DNA from: a phage
Sequence record: PQ327946.1
Strand: one strand, 5' to 3'
Length of the DNA: 64,000 nucleotides
A program made the translations under genes and the position numbers. How positions within the stretch are numbered: position 1 is the stretch's first letter; each line of letters opens with the position of its first letter. Below, piece after piece: positions 52,135-61,167 of this stretch. The notes under the pieces are model-generated. The model was not told where the DNA came from. It did no database searches and saw nothing but the letters and a program-made list of their open reading frames with translations.

Positions 52135-53037
52135 TTATAGACCAGCTAACAGGTCGTCGAGGTCGCCATCATCAGAGGATGAGGTAGAGCTCATGAAGTC
52201 ATCTTCAGTTTTTGCAGAACTAAAGGCTTCCATATCTTTATCAAAATCGTCAAGGTCAGAAGCAACTTTATCTGCAACAGAAGCTGCTGCGGCTGCTGCA
52301 CCACCAAGAGCGGCAGTACCAAGAACCTTAGCGAAAGATTCATTTAATTTTTCAAAGGATTTGAACTGGTCTTTAGCCGTCAAAGTAGTAAGGTCTACCA
52401 TCTGGTCATACAGTTCTTTCTGGAATGCTTCGTCATTAATACGAGGAATTTCAGATTGACCCAAGAATTTAGATTCGTCATAGTTGCTAAAACCTGAAAC
52501 CTGCTTAGCTTTCAGAACAAAGTTAGCACCTTCAAACGGACAAGTAACATCAACTGGAGTTTCACCCATTTCGGTATCAACTGCAATCATTGCATTGATT
52601 TTGTCCCAAATCTTTTTACCGAAACGATATTTAAATACTTTACCTTCGTTATCTGGAGCTTGAGGGTCTTTAACAACCAGAATATTAGCCCAATAAGAAG
52701 TTTTACGTTTCAGTTGAGAATATTCAGTTTTGTTGGTATTGTACAGGTCATTTTTACTAATGTACTGACATACAGGACAAGAGTCGTAATCACCATGTGT
52801 AGAAGAGCAATTTTCAATATACCATTTACCATTTTTCTTGAAACCGTGGTTAACGAGAATTGCAAATGGTAGTGCATCATCAGTTTTTGCTGGCAAGAAA
52901 CGAATTACCGCTTGACCATTACCGGATGCATCTAGCTTCAGCTTCCATTCGCCTTTATCTTCTGAAGAGAAACCTTTGTTACCATTCAGTTTAGCCATTT
53001 GAGCAGCGAGGTCAGCAGTAGATTTACGTTTAAACAT
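52135..53037 (-). CDS. 32: single-stranded DNA-binding protein gp32
   Basis: 300 aa; near-identical to T4 gp32 as recalled; acidic C-terminus. Confidence 0.95.
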   Translation of the reverse strand: MFKRKSTADLAAQMAKLNGNKGFSSEDKGEWKLKLDASGNGQAVIRFLPAKTDDALPFAILVNHGFKKNGKWYIENCSSTHGDYDSCPVCQYISKNDLYNTNKTEYSQLKRKTSYWANILVVKDPQAPDNEGKVFKYRFGKKIWDKINAMIAVDTEMGETPVDVTCPFEGANFVLKAKQVSGFSNYDESKFLGQSEIPRINDEAFQKELYDQMVDLTTLTAKDQFKSFEKLNESFAKVLGTAALGGAAAAAASVADKVASDLDDFDKDMEAFSSAKTEDDFMSSTSSSDDGDLDDLLAGL

Positions 53038-53155
53038 GGATTATTACCTTTTATTTAGATTATTTAATTTATTTACAGTTGGTTGCTACGACACTTATAC
53101 CTCGTAGCTGGTATGATTTATTTATAAAGTAATTTTAACACACAAGAAATAAAGC
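53038..53155 (-). promoter_or_regulatory. gene 32 leader / candidate translational operator
   Basis: 118-nt leader with stem GCTACGA..TCGTAGC followed by an A/U-rich unstructured tract before the ATG; minus-strand TATAAATA also present. Confidence 0.4.
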
Positions 53156-53809
53156 TTAATACTTACATGATTTGATTGTTTCTATGAACAATTTCTTAGC
53201 AGCATTTCCATCGATTTGAAGTATTTTTCGATATGCCTTTAATTTGGTAGAATAATTTTGCCAGACTAAGTTATCGGTGAGTTCGTCGTGCTTATCTATA
53301 ATATTCAAAAATGAGTCCAACAATAAGAAAGTCTCAAATGAAATTATATTGCTTTGTAGCAATTTGAATATGTAGCTCGACTGAACGTTGTTATTATAAT
53401 CAAATATCTCTTGAAGCGCACTAACTTCAACTTTCTTACTGAAATAGTAGATGTTACGTACATCTTCAGCAAACGTCTCCTTGGCTTGTTTGAGACGTCC
53501 AATATATTCCCTATAGAAAACTAATGCATCAGCGTCTGATATCTCACCAATCCATGCGTCTTGGTTAGCAACTAAGTTGCTTATGAATATCAAGGTGAGT
53601 TCCTTCAATTTATATTTCTCTGATAGTTTTTCAAAGAAATATTTATCTCGGCGTTTTTGATACGCATTATCAGAAACACGCATGCACCAGTTATATTTGA
53701 TTACGTCATACCGACCACCAAAATGGTTTTTGCACATCAAGTATAGTTTATATACCGATTTTCCATTAATATAACGTTCTCCATCAGGAGGCATGCGTAT
53801 TTTAATCAT
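53156..53809 (-). CDS. 59: helicase loader gp59
   Basis: 217 aa; T4 order 32-59-33. Confidence 0.85.
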   Translation of the reverse strand: MIKIRMPPDGERYINGKSVYKLYLMCKNHFGGRYDVIKYNWCMRVSDNAYQKRRDKYFFEKLSEKYKLKELTLIFISNLVANQDAWIGEISDADALVFYREYIGRLKQAKETFAEDVRNIYYFSKKVEVSALQEIFDYNNNVQSSYIFKLLQSNIISFETFLLLDSFLNIIDKHDELTDNLVWQNYSTKLKAYRKILQIDGNAAKKLFIETIKSCKY

Positions 53810-54144
53810 AATAAGAAATCTAACGTATTAGTTTTTTCGCCACGAGCAACTGATGGGCGAAGCATGTTTTCGTCAATTGCTTCGCTTGTAATTTTTTCAA
53901 CAATTCCTGTAGGAATAAATTTAGCAAATTGTGTTTCTGGAATAGAATTTTCTTCCAAGAAAGCAGTTGTTGCTTCTAAATAAGACATACCAAATTGTTC
54001 AACCATGGATTCGATAATGAATCCGTTTTCTTGTCGGTCAAGCAATTTAGCGATATCATCTTTATCGTGTTTTACTGCTAATTCTTGTTCAGATAAACCG
54101 GCCTCATCAACCGGTTTAATATCACTTAGTGAAAACTGTGTCAT
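53806..54144 (-). CDS. 33: late transcription co-activator gp33
   Basis: 112 aa; T4 position. Confidence 0.8.
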   Translation of the reverse strand: MTQFSLSDIKPVDEAGLSEQELAVKHDKDDIAKLLDRQENGFIIESMVEQFGMSYLEATTAFLEENSIPETQFAKFIPTGIVEKITSEAIDENMLRPSVARGEKTNTLDFLL

Positions 54145-54409
54145 AAAGCTCGACTACCTCTTCGTTTTCAGCTTCAAATTGGTCACGTGCGTCTTTATGA
54201 TAAAGAGCTAACAAACGATTAAACATTTTTCCATCGACGCCAAGCTCTTCTTTAGCACGAGTACGAATGTCTTTAATCAGTTCATTATAACCAGAAATTT
54301 TAAGTTTGTTATCGGAAGCTTCCTTGACTAGTTTAGCCAGTTCTTCACCATGCACATCTTGATTAAATTCAACTGCTTCTTTCTTAGCCATGTTTACCTC
54401 AGAATTCAT
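54122..54409 (-). CDS. dsbA: dsDNA-binding protein DsbA (start probably at internal Met MAKKEAVEF)
   Basis: Small ORF between rnh and 33 as in T4. Confidence 0.65.
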   Translation of the reverse strand: MNSEVNMAKKEAVEFNQDVHGEELAKLVKEASDNKLKISGYNELIKDIRTRAKEELGVDGKMFNRLLALYHKDARDQFEAENEEVVELYDTVFTK

Positions 54410-55316
54410 TAATTACACTTGTTAATTTAGAAAGACCAGATTTTACAAAGTATGAATAAATCTTGCCTTTAGGTTGTGGTTTATATGAGTTATAATACTC
54501 TATAATGGTTGAAGCAATATTATCAGGGATATAATCAAAATCAATGAGAACCAAATTTTCTTGGTACCGTTTATATTCTTCTGCACTTAATAATACTTCA
54601 GCTTGAGAACGGTCATTGGCAATTGCTTCAATAATCGTTGTTTTCATGCTCGGAGTTCGTTCACCATCAACTCTGGTAAACCAGAAGTCGCCACGAACTC
54701 GAACAGATGCAACCCCGTCTTTACGGTCACCTTTAAGAATTTTAGTCATGCAATCAATTTCAGCAGAACCGTTCTTAATTTTAACCCATTTTTTCTGTGG
54801 TGGTGACCACTGTTTAACGTTAGGATATTTGTGTAATTGTGTAAAGTCACCGTCTGATGCAACAATACATACCTTATGTCCAGCTAATGACAAATATTTA
54901 GTTAATACACCGATATGGTCATCCGCTTCATATTTGTCAATATCCATTACAACGTATGGCATGTATTTCTTAATCTCATCAACAACTTGACGGAGCGCAG
55001 TAAAATATCCTTCCCAATCCCACTTTGAAGCTTCACGATCGGTTTTACGATTTTTCTTGTAGTAGTAAGCAAAGTCACGACGCCAATAACCTGAAGTAGC
55101 ATTATCCATACACAATACAAATTTTGTATAGCCTTGCTTACGGAACATCACCACGTTTTTACGAATTGAATTCAAGATTACATGGCGAACCATCGGAACA
55201 GTAATTTTATCACCGTCTTCAAAGTTGTTTAATGCAGCTGCCAATGCAATGTTACTAAAGTCGGCAAGTGCAATACCTTCTTTGTAATCTTCATCCAACA
55301 TCATTTCTAAATCCAT
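54399..55316 (-). CDS. rnh: RNase H / 5'-3' flap exonuclease
   Basis: 305 aa; T4 Rnh-like; position before gene 34. Confidence 0.85.
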   Translation of the reverse strand: MDLEMMLDEDYKEGIALADFSNIALAAALNNFEDGDKITVPMVRHVILNSIRKNVVMFRKQGYTKFVLCMDNATSGYWRRDFAYYYKKNRKTDREASKWDWEGYFTALRQVVDEIKKYMPYVVMDIDKYEADDHIGVLTKYLSLAGHKVCIVASDGDFTQLHKYPNVKQWSPPQKKWVKIKNGSAEIDCMTKILKGDRKDGVASVRVRGDFWFTRVDGERTPSMKTTIIEAIANDRSQAEVLLSAEEYKRYQENLVLIDFDYIPDNIASTIIEYYNSYKPQPKGKIYSYFVKSGLSKLTSVINEF

Positions 55317-55348
55317 ATGAACCTCTTGTTCAGTTAGTCAACTTGACT

Positions 55349-55378
55349 ATAGTAACATACTCATTTGAAAGCGTAAAC
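55349..55378 (-). promoter_or_regulatory. early promoter for rnh
   Basis: GTTTAC-N18-TACTAT in the rnh/gene 34 divergent region. Confidence 0.5.
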
Positions 55379-55381
55379 TGG

Positions 55382-55389
55382 TATAAATA
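55382..55389 (+). promoter_or_regulatory. late promoter TATAAATA for gene 34
   Basis: TATAAATA about 30 nt upstream of the gene 34 ATG. Confidence 0.6.
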
Positions 55390-55419
55390 AGTATTATTGA
55401 AACAATAAAGGAAAAACGA

Positions 55420-58400
55420 ATGGCCGACATCAAACGTAAGTTCAGAGCCGAAGACGGTCTGGACGCCGGTGGCGACAAGATTGTTAACGTAGCATTAGCC
55501 GACCGTACAGTAGGTACTGATGGCGTAAACGTTGACTTCCTGGTACAAGAAAACACCGTTCAAGTATATGATTCTACGCGTGGATATAACAAAGGATTTG
55601 TTGTTCTTTATGACAACCGTTTATATCAAGCAATAAATGATATCGTGTCTCCTTCCGGGGCATTTAACCTTTTACAATGGCGTGCAGTTCGTACCGATGC
55701 ACAATGGATAACTGTCGCTTCTGGGGCTTATCAACTTTCTTCAGGCGAATCGATTTCGGTTAACACTGGCGCCGGCAATGATATGGTTTTCACGTTGCCA
55801 AATGCGCCGGTTGATGGTGATACTGTTGTTTTGGCTGATATTGGTGGAAGAACCGGGACAGTTAAAGTACAGATTAACGCGTCTGTGCAGAGTATTTTAA
55901 ACTTTAGAGGTGAACAAGTTCGTTCAGTTTTAATGACGCGACCACGTTCACAACTAGTGTTTGTGTTTAGTAATCGTTTGTGGCAGATGTATATCATTGA
56001 TTACGGTAAAGAATCAATCACTGTTACACCTGCGGCACCATATCAAGCACAAGCAAATGATTTTATCGTTCGTCGTTTTACTAGTGCAGCACCAATCAAC
56101 ATTACACTTCCACGTAATGCTAACAATGGTGATATAATCAGCCTAGTTGATTTAGATAAATTAAACCCACTGTATCATACAATTGTTAAAACATTTGATG
56201 ATACAACGTCTATCGGTGAAGTCGGGACTCATATTGCCGAAGGCAGAAATGACTCTGACGCGTTTTTTGTTTTTGATGCTGCAAATAGTTTATGGCGTAT
56301 ATGGGAAGGCGACCAGAAATCGCGTCTTCGTATTATCCGCGCGGATTCAAATATTCGTCCAAATGAAGAAGTTCTTATTTTTGGCACAAATAACGCTACA
56401 ACCGGAACTATTAATCTTACGCTGCCTACCGGAATTTTGAGTGGTGACACTGTTAAAATTTCAATGAACTACATGCGTAAAGGCCAAACAGTAAAAATTA
56501 AAGCTGCCGAAGGTGATACAATTGCTTCTTCTGTTGCGTTGCTTCAGTTCCCTAAACGTTCTGAATATCCACCTGATGCTCAATGGGTCTCTGTTACTGA
56601 ACTAGAATTCAATGGCACTACTTCATATGTTCCTGTATTAGAATTATCGTATATCGAAGACACCGTTGCTGGTACACGTTATTGGGTTGTGCAACAGAGT
56701 GTCCCAACTGTAGAACGTGTTGATGCTGGAACTGATGCTACACGAGCTCGTTTAGGTGTTATTGCTCTTGCTACTCAAGCGCAAGCAAATGTTGATTTAG
56801 AGAATACTCCAGCTAAAGAAGTTGCTATTACTCCTGAAACGTTGGCAAATCGTACAGCAACTGAAGCTCGACGTGGTATCGCTAAAATTGCTACAACAGC
56901 ACAAGTTAACCAGAATTCCACAGCATCATTTGTGGACGATACTATTGTTACGCCTAAAAAACTAAATGAGCGTACAGCAACTGAAACTCGTCGAGGTCTT
57001 GCTGAAATTGCTACTCAGGCTGAAACCGATGCTGGTCTTGATGACACAACGATTATTACGCCTAAGAAATTACAGGCACGTCAGGGTTCCGAAACACTAT
57101 CGGGTATAGTTAAATATGTATCGACTACTTCTGCTACTCCTGCTGAAACTCGTGGGGCCGCAGGCACTAACGTTTATAATAAAACCGTAAATAATTTAAC
57201 TATTTCTCCTAAAGCCCTTGACCAATATAAAGCAACTTATGCTCAACAAGGCGCAGTAATTTTAGCTATTGATAGTGAAGTAATTGCTGGTCAATCTCAG
57301 TCTGGATACTCTCACGCTGTAGTAACTCCTGAAACACTACATAAGAAAACTTCTACTGATGGACGTATTGGTTTAATTGAAATTGCTACGCAAGCAGAAA
57401 CTAATGCTGGGACTGATTATACACGTGCAGTAACGCCTAAGACGTTAAATGATAGGAGAGCGACGGAAGGATTATCCGGCATAGCCGAAATTGCTACGCA
57501 AGTTGAATTTGATACTGGAACTGATGATACTCGTATCTCGACTCCACTGAAAATTAAAACTCATTTTGATTCTTCTGGCCGTACCAGTGTTAATTCTGAT
57601 TCCGGACTTATTGAAGAAGGAACCTTGTGGAACCATTATACTCTTGATATTTCTAAAGCAAATGAAACACAACGTGGTACACTTCGCGTAGCGACCCAGG
57701 CAGAATCTAAAGCAGGAACTTTAGATGATGTTCTTATTACTCCTAAAAAGCTTTTAGGGACTAAGTCCACTGAAACGTCTGAAGGCGTAATTAAGGTTGC
57801 TACTCAAGCTGAAACTGTAACAGGAACTTCTGCTAATACTGCTGTATCTCCTAAGAATTTAAAATGGATTGTCCAGAGTGAACCAACATGGGCTGCTACT
57901 ACAGCAATTCGTGGATTCGTTAAAACTTCATCTGGTTCAATTACATTCGTTGGTAATGATACAGTCGGTTCTACACAGAACTTAGAGCTATACGAGAAAA
58001 ATAGCTATGCAGTATCACCGTATGAATTAAACCGTGTATTAGCAAATTACTTGCCATTAAAAGCAAAAGCTGCTGACACGAATTTATTGGATGGCCTAGA
58101 TTCATCTCAGTTCATTCGTAGGGACATTGCACAGACGGTTAATGGTTCACTAACCTTAACCCAACAAACGAATCTGAGTGCCCCTCTTGTATCATCTAGT
58201 ACTGCTACGTTTGGTGGTTCAGTTTCGGCAAATAGTACATTAACTATTTCTAACTCTGGAACAGCAACTCGTCTGATTTTTGAGAAAGGACCTCAAACTG
58301 GAACTAACCCAGCACAGACGATGACTATTAGAGTTTGGGGAAATCAGTTTGGTGGCGGTTCAGATACAAGTCGTTCTACGATATTTGAAGTTGGTGATGA

Positions 58401-59295
58401 AACGTCTAATCACTTTTATTCTCAACGTAATAAAGCTGGGAATATAACATTTAGTATCAATGGTACTGTAATGCCAATAAATGTTAATGCTTCGGGTTCT
58501 TTGAATGCGAACGGCGTTGCAACATTTGGTAGCTCAGTTACTGCTAATGGTGAATTCATCAGCAAGTCTGCAAACGCATTTAGAGCTATTAGTGGTAATT
58601 ACGGATTCTTAATTCGTAATGATGGTTCTAATACCTATTTTCTGCTAACTAATTCAGGTGAACAGACAGGTGGTTTTAATGGATTACGTCCTATCGCGAT
58701 AAATAATGCCTCCGGTTTAGTATCTATTGCCGAAGGATTAATTATTGCTAAAGGTGCTACTATAAATTCAGGTGGTTTAACTGTTAACTCTAGAATTCGT
58801 TCTCAGGGCACTAAAACATCTGACTTATATACCAGTGCTCCTACTGCTGATACAGTCGGATTCTGGTCAATCGATATTAACGATTCAGCCACTTATAACC
58901 AGTTCCCGGGTTATTTTAAAATGGTTGAAAAAACTAATGAAGTGACTGGACTTCCATACTTAGAACGTGGCGAAGAAGTTAAATCTCCTGGTACACTGAC
59001 TCAGTTTGGTAACACACTTGATTCGCTTTACCAAGATTGGATTACTTATCCAACAACTCCAGAAGCACGTACAACCCGTTGGACACGTACATGGCAGAAA
59101 ACTAAAAATTCTTGGTCGAGTTTTGTTCAGGTATTTGATGGTGGAAACCCTCCTCAACCTTCTGATATTGGCGCTTTACCTTCTGATAATGCAACAATCG
59201 GAAACTTGACAATAAGGGATTTCTTAAGGATTGGTAATGTTCGCATTATTCCAGACCCTGTGAATAAATCTGTTAAATTCGAGTGGATTGAATAA
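55420..59295 (+). CDS. 34: long tail fibre proximal subunit gp34
   Basis: 1291 aa; internal repeated motif (R.G.AEIATQAE..G); late promoter upstream. Confidence 0.9.
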   Translation: MADIKRKFRAEDGLDAGGDKIVNVALADRTVGTDGVNVDFLVQENTVQVYDSTRGYNKGFVVLYDNRLYQAINDIVSPSGAFNLLQWRAVRTDAQWITVASGAYQLSSGESISVNTGAGNDMVFTLPNAPVDGDTVVLADIGGRTGTVKVQINASVQSILNFRGEQVRSVLMTRPRSQLVFVFSNRLWQMYIIDYGKESITVTPAAPYQAQANDFIVRRFTSAAPINITLPRNANNGDIISLVDLDKLNPLYHTIVKTFDDTTSIGEVGTHIAEGRNDSDAFFVFDAANSLWRIWEGDQKSRLRIIRADSNIRPNEEVLIFGTNNATTGTINLTLPTGILSGDTVKISMNYMRKGQTVKIKAAEGDTIASSVALLQFPKRSEYPPDAQWVSVTELEFNGTTSYVPVLELSYIEDTVAGTRYWVVQQSVPTVERVDAGTDATRARLGVIALATQAQANVDLENTPAKEVAITPETLANRTATEARRGIAKIATTAQVNQNSTASFVDDTIVTPKKLNERTATETRRGLAEIATQAETDAGLDDTTIITPKKLQARQGSETLSGIVKYVSTTSATPAETRGAAGTNVYNKTVNNLTISPKALDQYKATYAQQGAVILAIDSEVIAGQSQSGYSHAVVTPETLHKKTSTDGRIGLIEIATQAETNAGTDYTRAVTPKTLNDRRATEGLSGIAEIATQVEFDTGTDDTRISTPLKIKTHFDSSGRTSVNSDSGLIEEGTLWNHYTLDISKANETQRGTLRVATQAESKAGTLDDVLITPKKLLGTKSTETSEGVIKVATQAETVTGTSANTAVSPKNLKWIVQSEPTWAATTAIRGFVKTSSGSITFVGNDTVGSTQNLELYEKNSYAVSPYELNRVLANYLPLKAKAADTNLLDGLDSSQFIRRDIAQTVNGSLTLTQQTNLSAPLVSSSTATFGGSVSANSTLTISNSGTATRLIFEKGPQTGTNPAQTMTIRVWGNQFGGGSDTSRSTIFEVGDETSNHFYSQRNKAGNITFSINGTVMPINVNASGSLNANGVATFGSSVTANGEFISKSANAFRAISGNYGFLIRNDGSNTYFLLTNSGEQTGGFNGLRPIAINNASGLVSIAEGLIIAKGATINSGGLTVNSRIRSQGTKTSDLYTSAPTADTVGFWSIDINDSATYNQFPGYFKMVEKTNEVTGLPYLERGEEVKSPGTLTQFGNTLDSLYQDWITYPTTPEARTTRWTRTWQKTKNSWSSFVQVFDGGNPPQPSDIGALPSDNATIGNLTIRDFLRIGNVRIIPDPVNKSVKFEWIE

Positions 59296-59303
59296 GAGGT
59301 ATT

Positions 59304-60431
59304 ATGGAAAAATTTATGGCTAAGTTTGGACAAGGATACGTCCAAACGCCATTTTTATCGGAAAGCAATTCAGTACGATTTAAATTAAGCATAGCGGGCT
59401 CTTGCCCGCTATCAACATCTCCTGCTTATATTAAGTTCCAAGATAATCCACTTGGGTCCCAGGTTTTTTCCGTTGGATTAAACGTTCGTGTAATAAATCC
59501 TACAACAGGTGCAGTAGTTGAATCTAAGTCATATAATTTCTCTACTGAAAACGACGCCACGTCAAGTGCATTTGTTACTTTCATGGACACATACGCTTCT
59601 AATTTTATATTTGCTCTTGTTACTAACGCTAAAACAAACTTTCCGCCAGAAGTTCTTGCCTGGTTTACTAAAGTTGGGAGTTCTGCTATTCCATTAGCTC
59701 AACAAGTTTTAAATATAGTGGACATTTCTTATTCGGCATTTTATATTTCTGGTAAGAATGCTATAGCACTAGAGCATATTAAGTATAGTAATAAGAAAAC
59801 TTCAACCGACTATAGTACACCACTTGATGTTGTGTACGACACGATTAATGATATTGGTGCTACCGGCTTCCCTAGTCGTACGTACGAATCGACAGACACA
59901 TTTTTATCCGCTGTTGGAGGTACTAATAATGAAATTAAAAGGATGCCTACAACGTCCCTTATTACACCTCTCGCTGGGTATAAATTGAAGGCTGGAGATT
60001 TCCTTTATATGAAATTCCAACTAATGGCCGATGCTGATTTGTTAGCACAAGGGACGACACGACTTTCTATTCGGTTCTTTAAATCTCCTTCTACTTCACC
60101 TATTTCATTTAAGGATATAAACTTTGATGGGGGTGCAGGTGAATGGAAGATATATGAAGACTACATAGAAATTCCTGCCGGTGCTGACGGGTTCACGATT
60201 TATTGTTATCGTACAGCTCCAGTCGGGCAAGGTGGATTAAGAAACGTTATATTCACTGAAGTATCATGTAATGGAAGCGTTTCAAAACCTGCCGAGTTTG
60301 GTATAAACGGTATTCGTGTAAATTATGTTTCAGAATCTTTAAGTGCCCCAGACATAATGACATTACCTACTCAATCTTCAACTGATACTGGTAAGGTATT
60401 TGGACAAGAATTTAAAGAAGCGTCAGAATAA
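59304..60431 (+). CDS. 35: long tail fibre hinge protein gp35
   Basis: 375 aa; T4 order 34-35-36-37. Confidence 0.85.
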   Translation: MEKFMAKFGQGYVQTPFLSESNSVRFKLSIAGSCPLSTSPAYIKFQDNPLGSQVFSVGLNVRVINPTTGAVVESKSYNFSTENDATSSAFVTFMDTYASNFIFALVTNAKTNFPPEVLAWFTKVGSSAIPLAQQVLNIVDISYSAFYISGKNAIALEHIKYSNKKTSTDYSTPLDVVYDTINDIGATGFPSRTYESTDTFLSAVGGTNNEIKRMPTTSLITPLAGYKLKAGDFLYMKFQLMADADLLAQGTTRLSIRFFKSPSTSPISFKDINFDGGAGEWKIYEDYIEIPAGADGFTIYCYRTAPVGQGGLRNVIFTEVSCNGSVSKPAEFGINGIRVNYVSESLSAPDIMTLPTQSSTDTGKVFGQEFKEASE

Positions 60432-60436
60432 ATTTA

Positions 60437-60460
60437 GGGAGCCTTCGGGCTCCCATTTTT
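60437..60460 (+). terminator. terminator after gene 35
   Basis: GGGAGCC-TTCG-GGCTCCC followed by ATTTTTG. Confidence 0.65.
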
Positions 60461-60461
60461 G

Positions 60462-60469
60462 TATAAATA
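60462..60469 (+). promoter_or_regulatory. late promoter TATAAATA for gene 36
   Basis: TATAAATA immediately after the gene 35 terminator hairpin. Confidence 0.6.
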
Positions 60470-60493
60470 TGGTATACATATAAGGAGACAACT

Positions 60494-61159
60494 ATGGCCG
60501 ATTTAAAAGCTGGTAGTACAACTGGCGGTGCCGTTATATGGCATCAAGGTAATTTCCCTTTAATGCCAGCAGGTGATGACGTCCTGTATAAAACGTTTAA
60601 ACTCTATTCAGAATATAATAAACCACAGGCAGCTGATAACGATTTTGTTTCTAAAGCTAATGGTGGTACGTATGCCGCTCGAGTAACATTTAATAATGGT
60701 GTGCAAGTACCTTATGCCGTAAATAACACAAATCAAAGTGGTATTTATCCTGGCAATGGCGATGCTGCTACTTTTGATACAGCAAATATTGATATTGTTT
60801 CATGGTATGGCATTGGTTTTAAATCATCACAAGGATCTGCAGGTAGAACTGTTGTTGTTAACACTCGTACTGGTGATATCAGCACTAAAGGTGGTATTTA
60901 TGCAACTGGTCCTGTCCGTTCTAACGCTACTGCTCCGGTTGCAGCAAATGATCTCACAAGAAAAGATTATGTTGATGGACGAATAAATATTGTTACGGAT
61001 AACGCAAATTCCCGTGTATTGCGTAAAGGCGATACCATGACTGGTACTTTAACAGCACCAAACTTTTTCTCACAGAATCCGGCGTCTGAGGCTAATCATG
61101 TTCCTCGTTTCGACCAGATTGTAATTAAAGATTCTGTTCAAGATTTCGGCTATTATTAA
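60494..61159 (+). CDS. 36: long tail fibre distal connector gp36
   Basis: 221 aa; late promoter upstream. Confidence 0.85.
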   Translation: MADLKAGSTTGGAVIWHQGNFPLMPAGDDVLYKTFKLYSEYNKPQAADNDFVSKANGGTYAARVTFNNGVQVPYAVNNTNQSGIYPGNGDAATFDTANIDIVSWYGIGFKSSQGSAGRTVVVNTRTGDISTKGGIYATGPVRSNATAPVAANDLTRKDYVDGRINIVTDNANSRVLRKGDTMTGTLTAPNFFSQNPASEANHVPRFDQIVIKDSVQDFGYY

Positions 61160-61167
61160 GAGGACTT

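Noticed and set aside
55420-59295. CRISPR-like or tandem DNA repeat array inside gene 34
   Set aside because: The periodic motif is a protein-level repeat (R.G.AEIATQAE) within a continuous ORF, with no repeat-spacer architecture.
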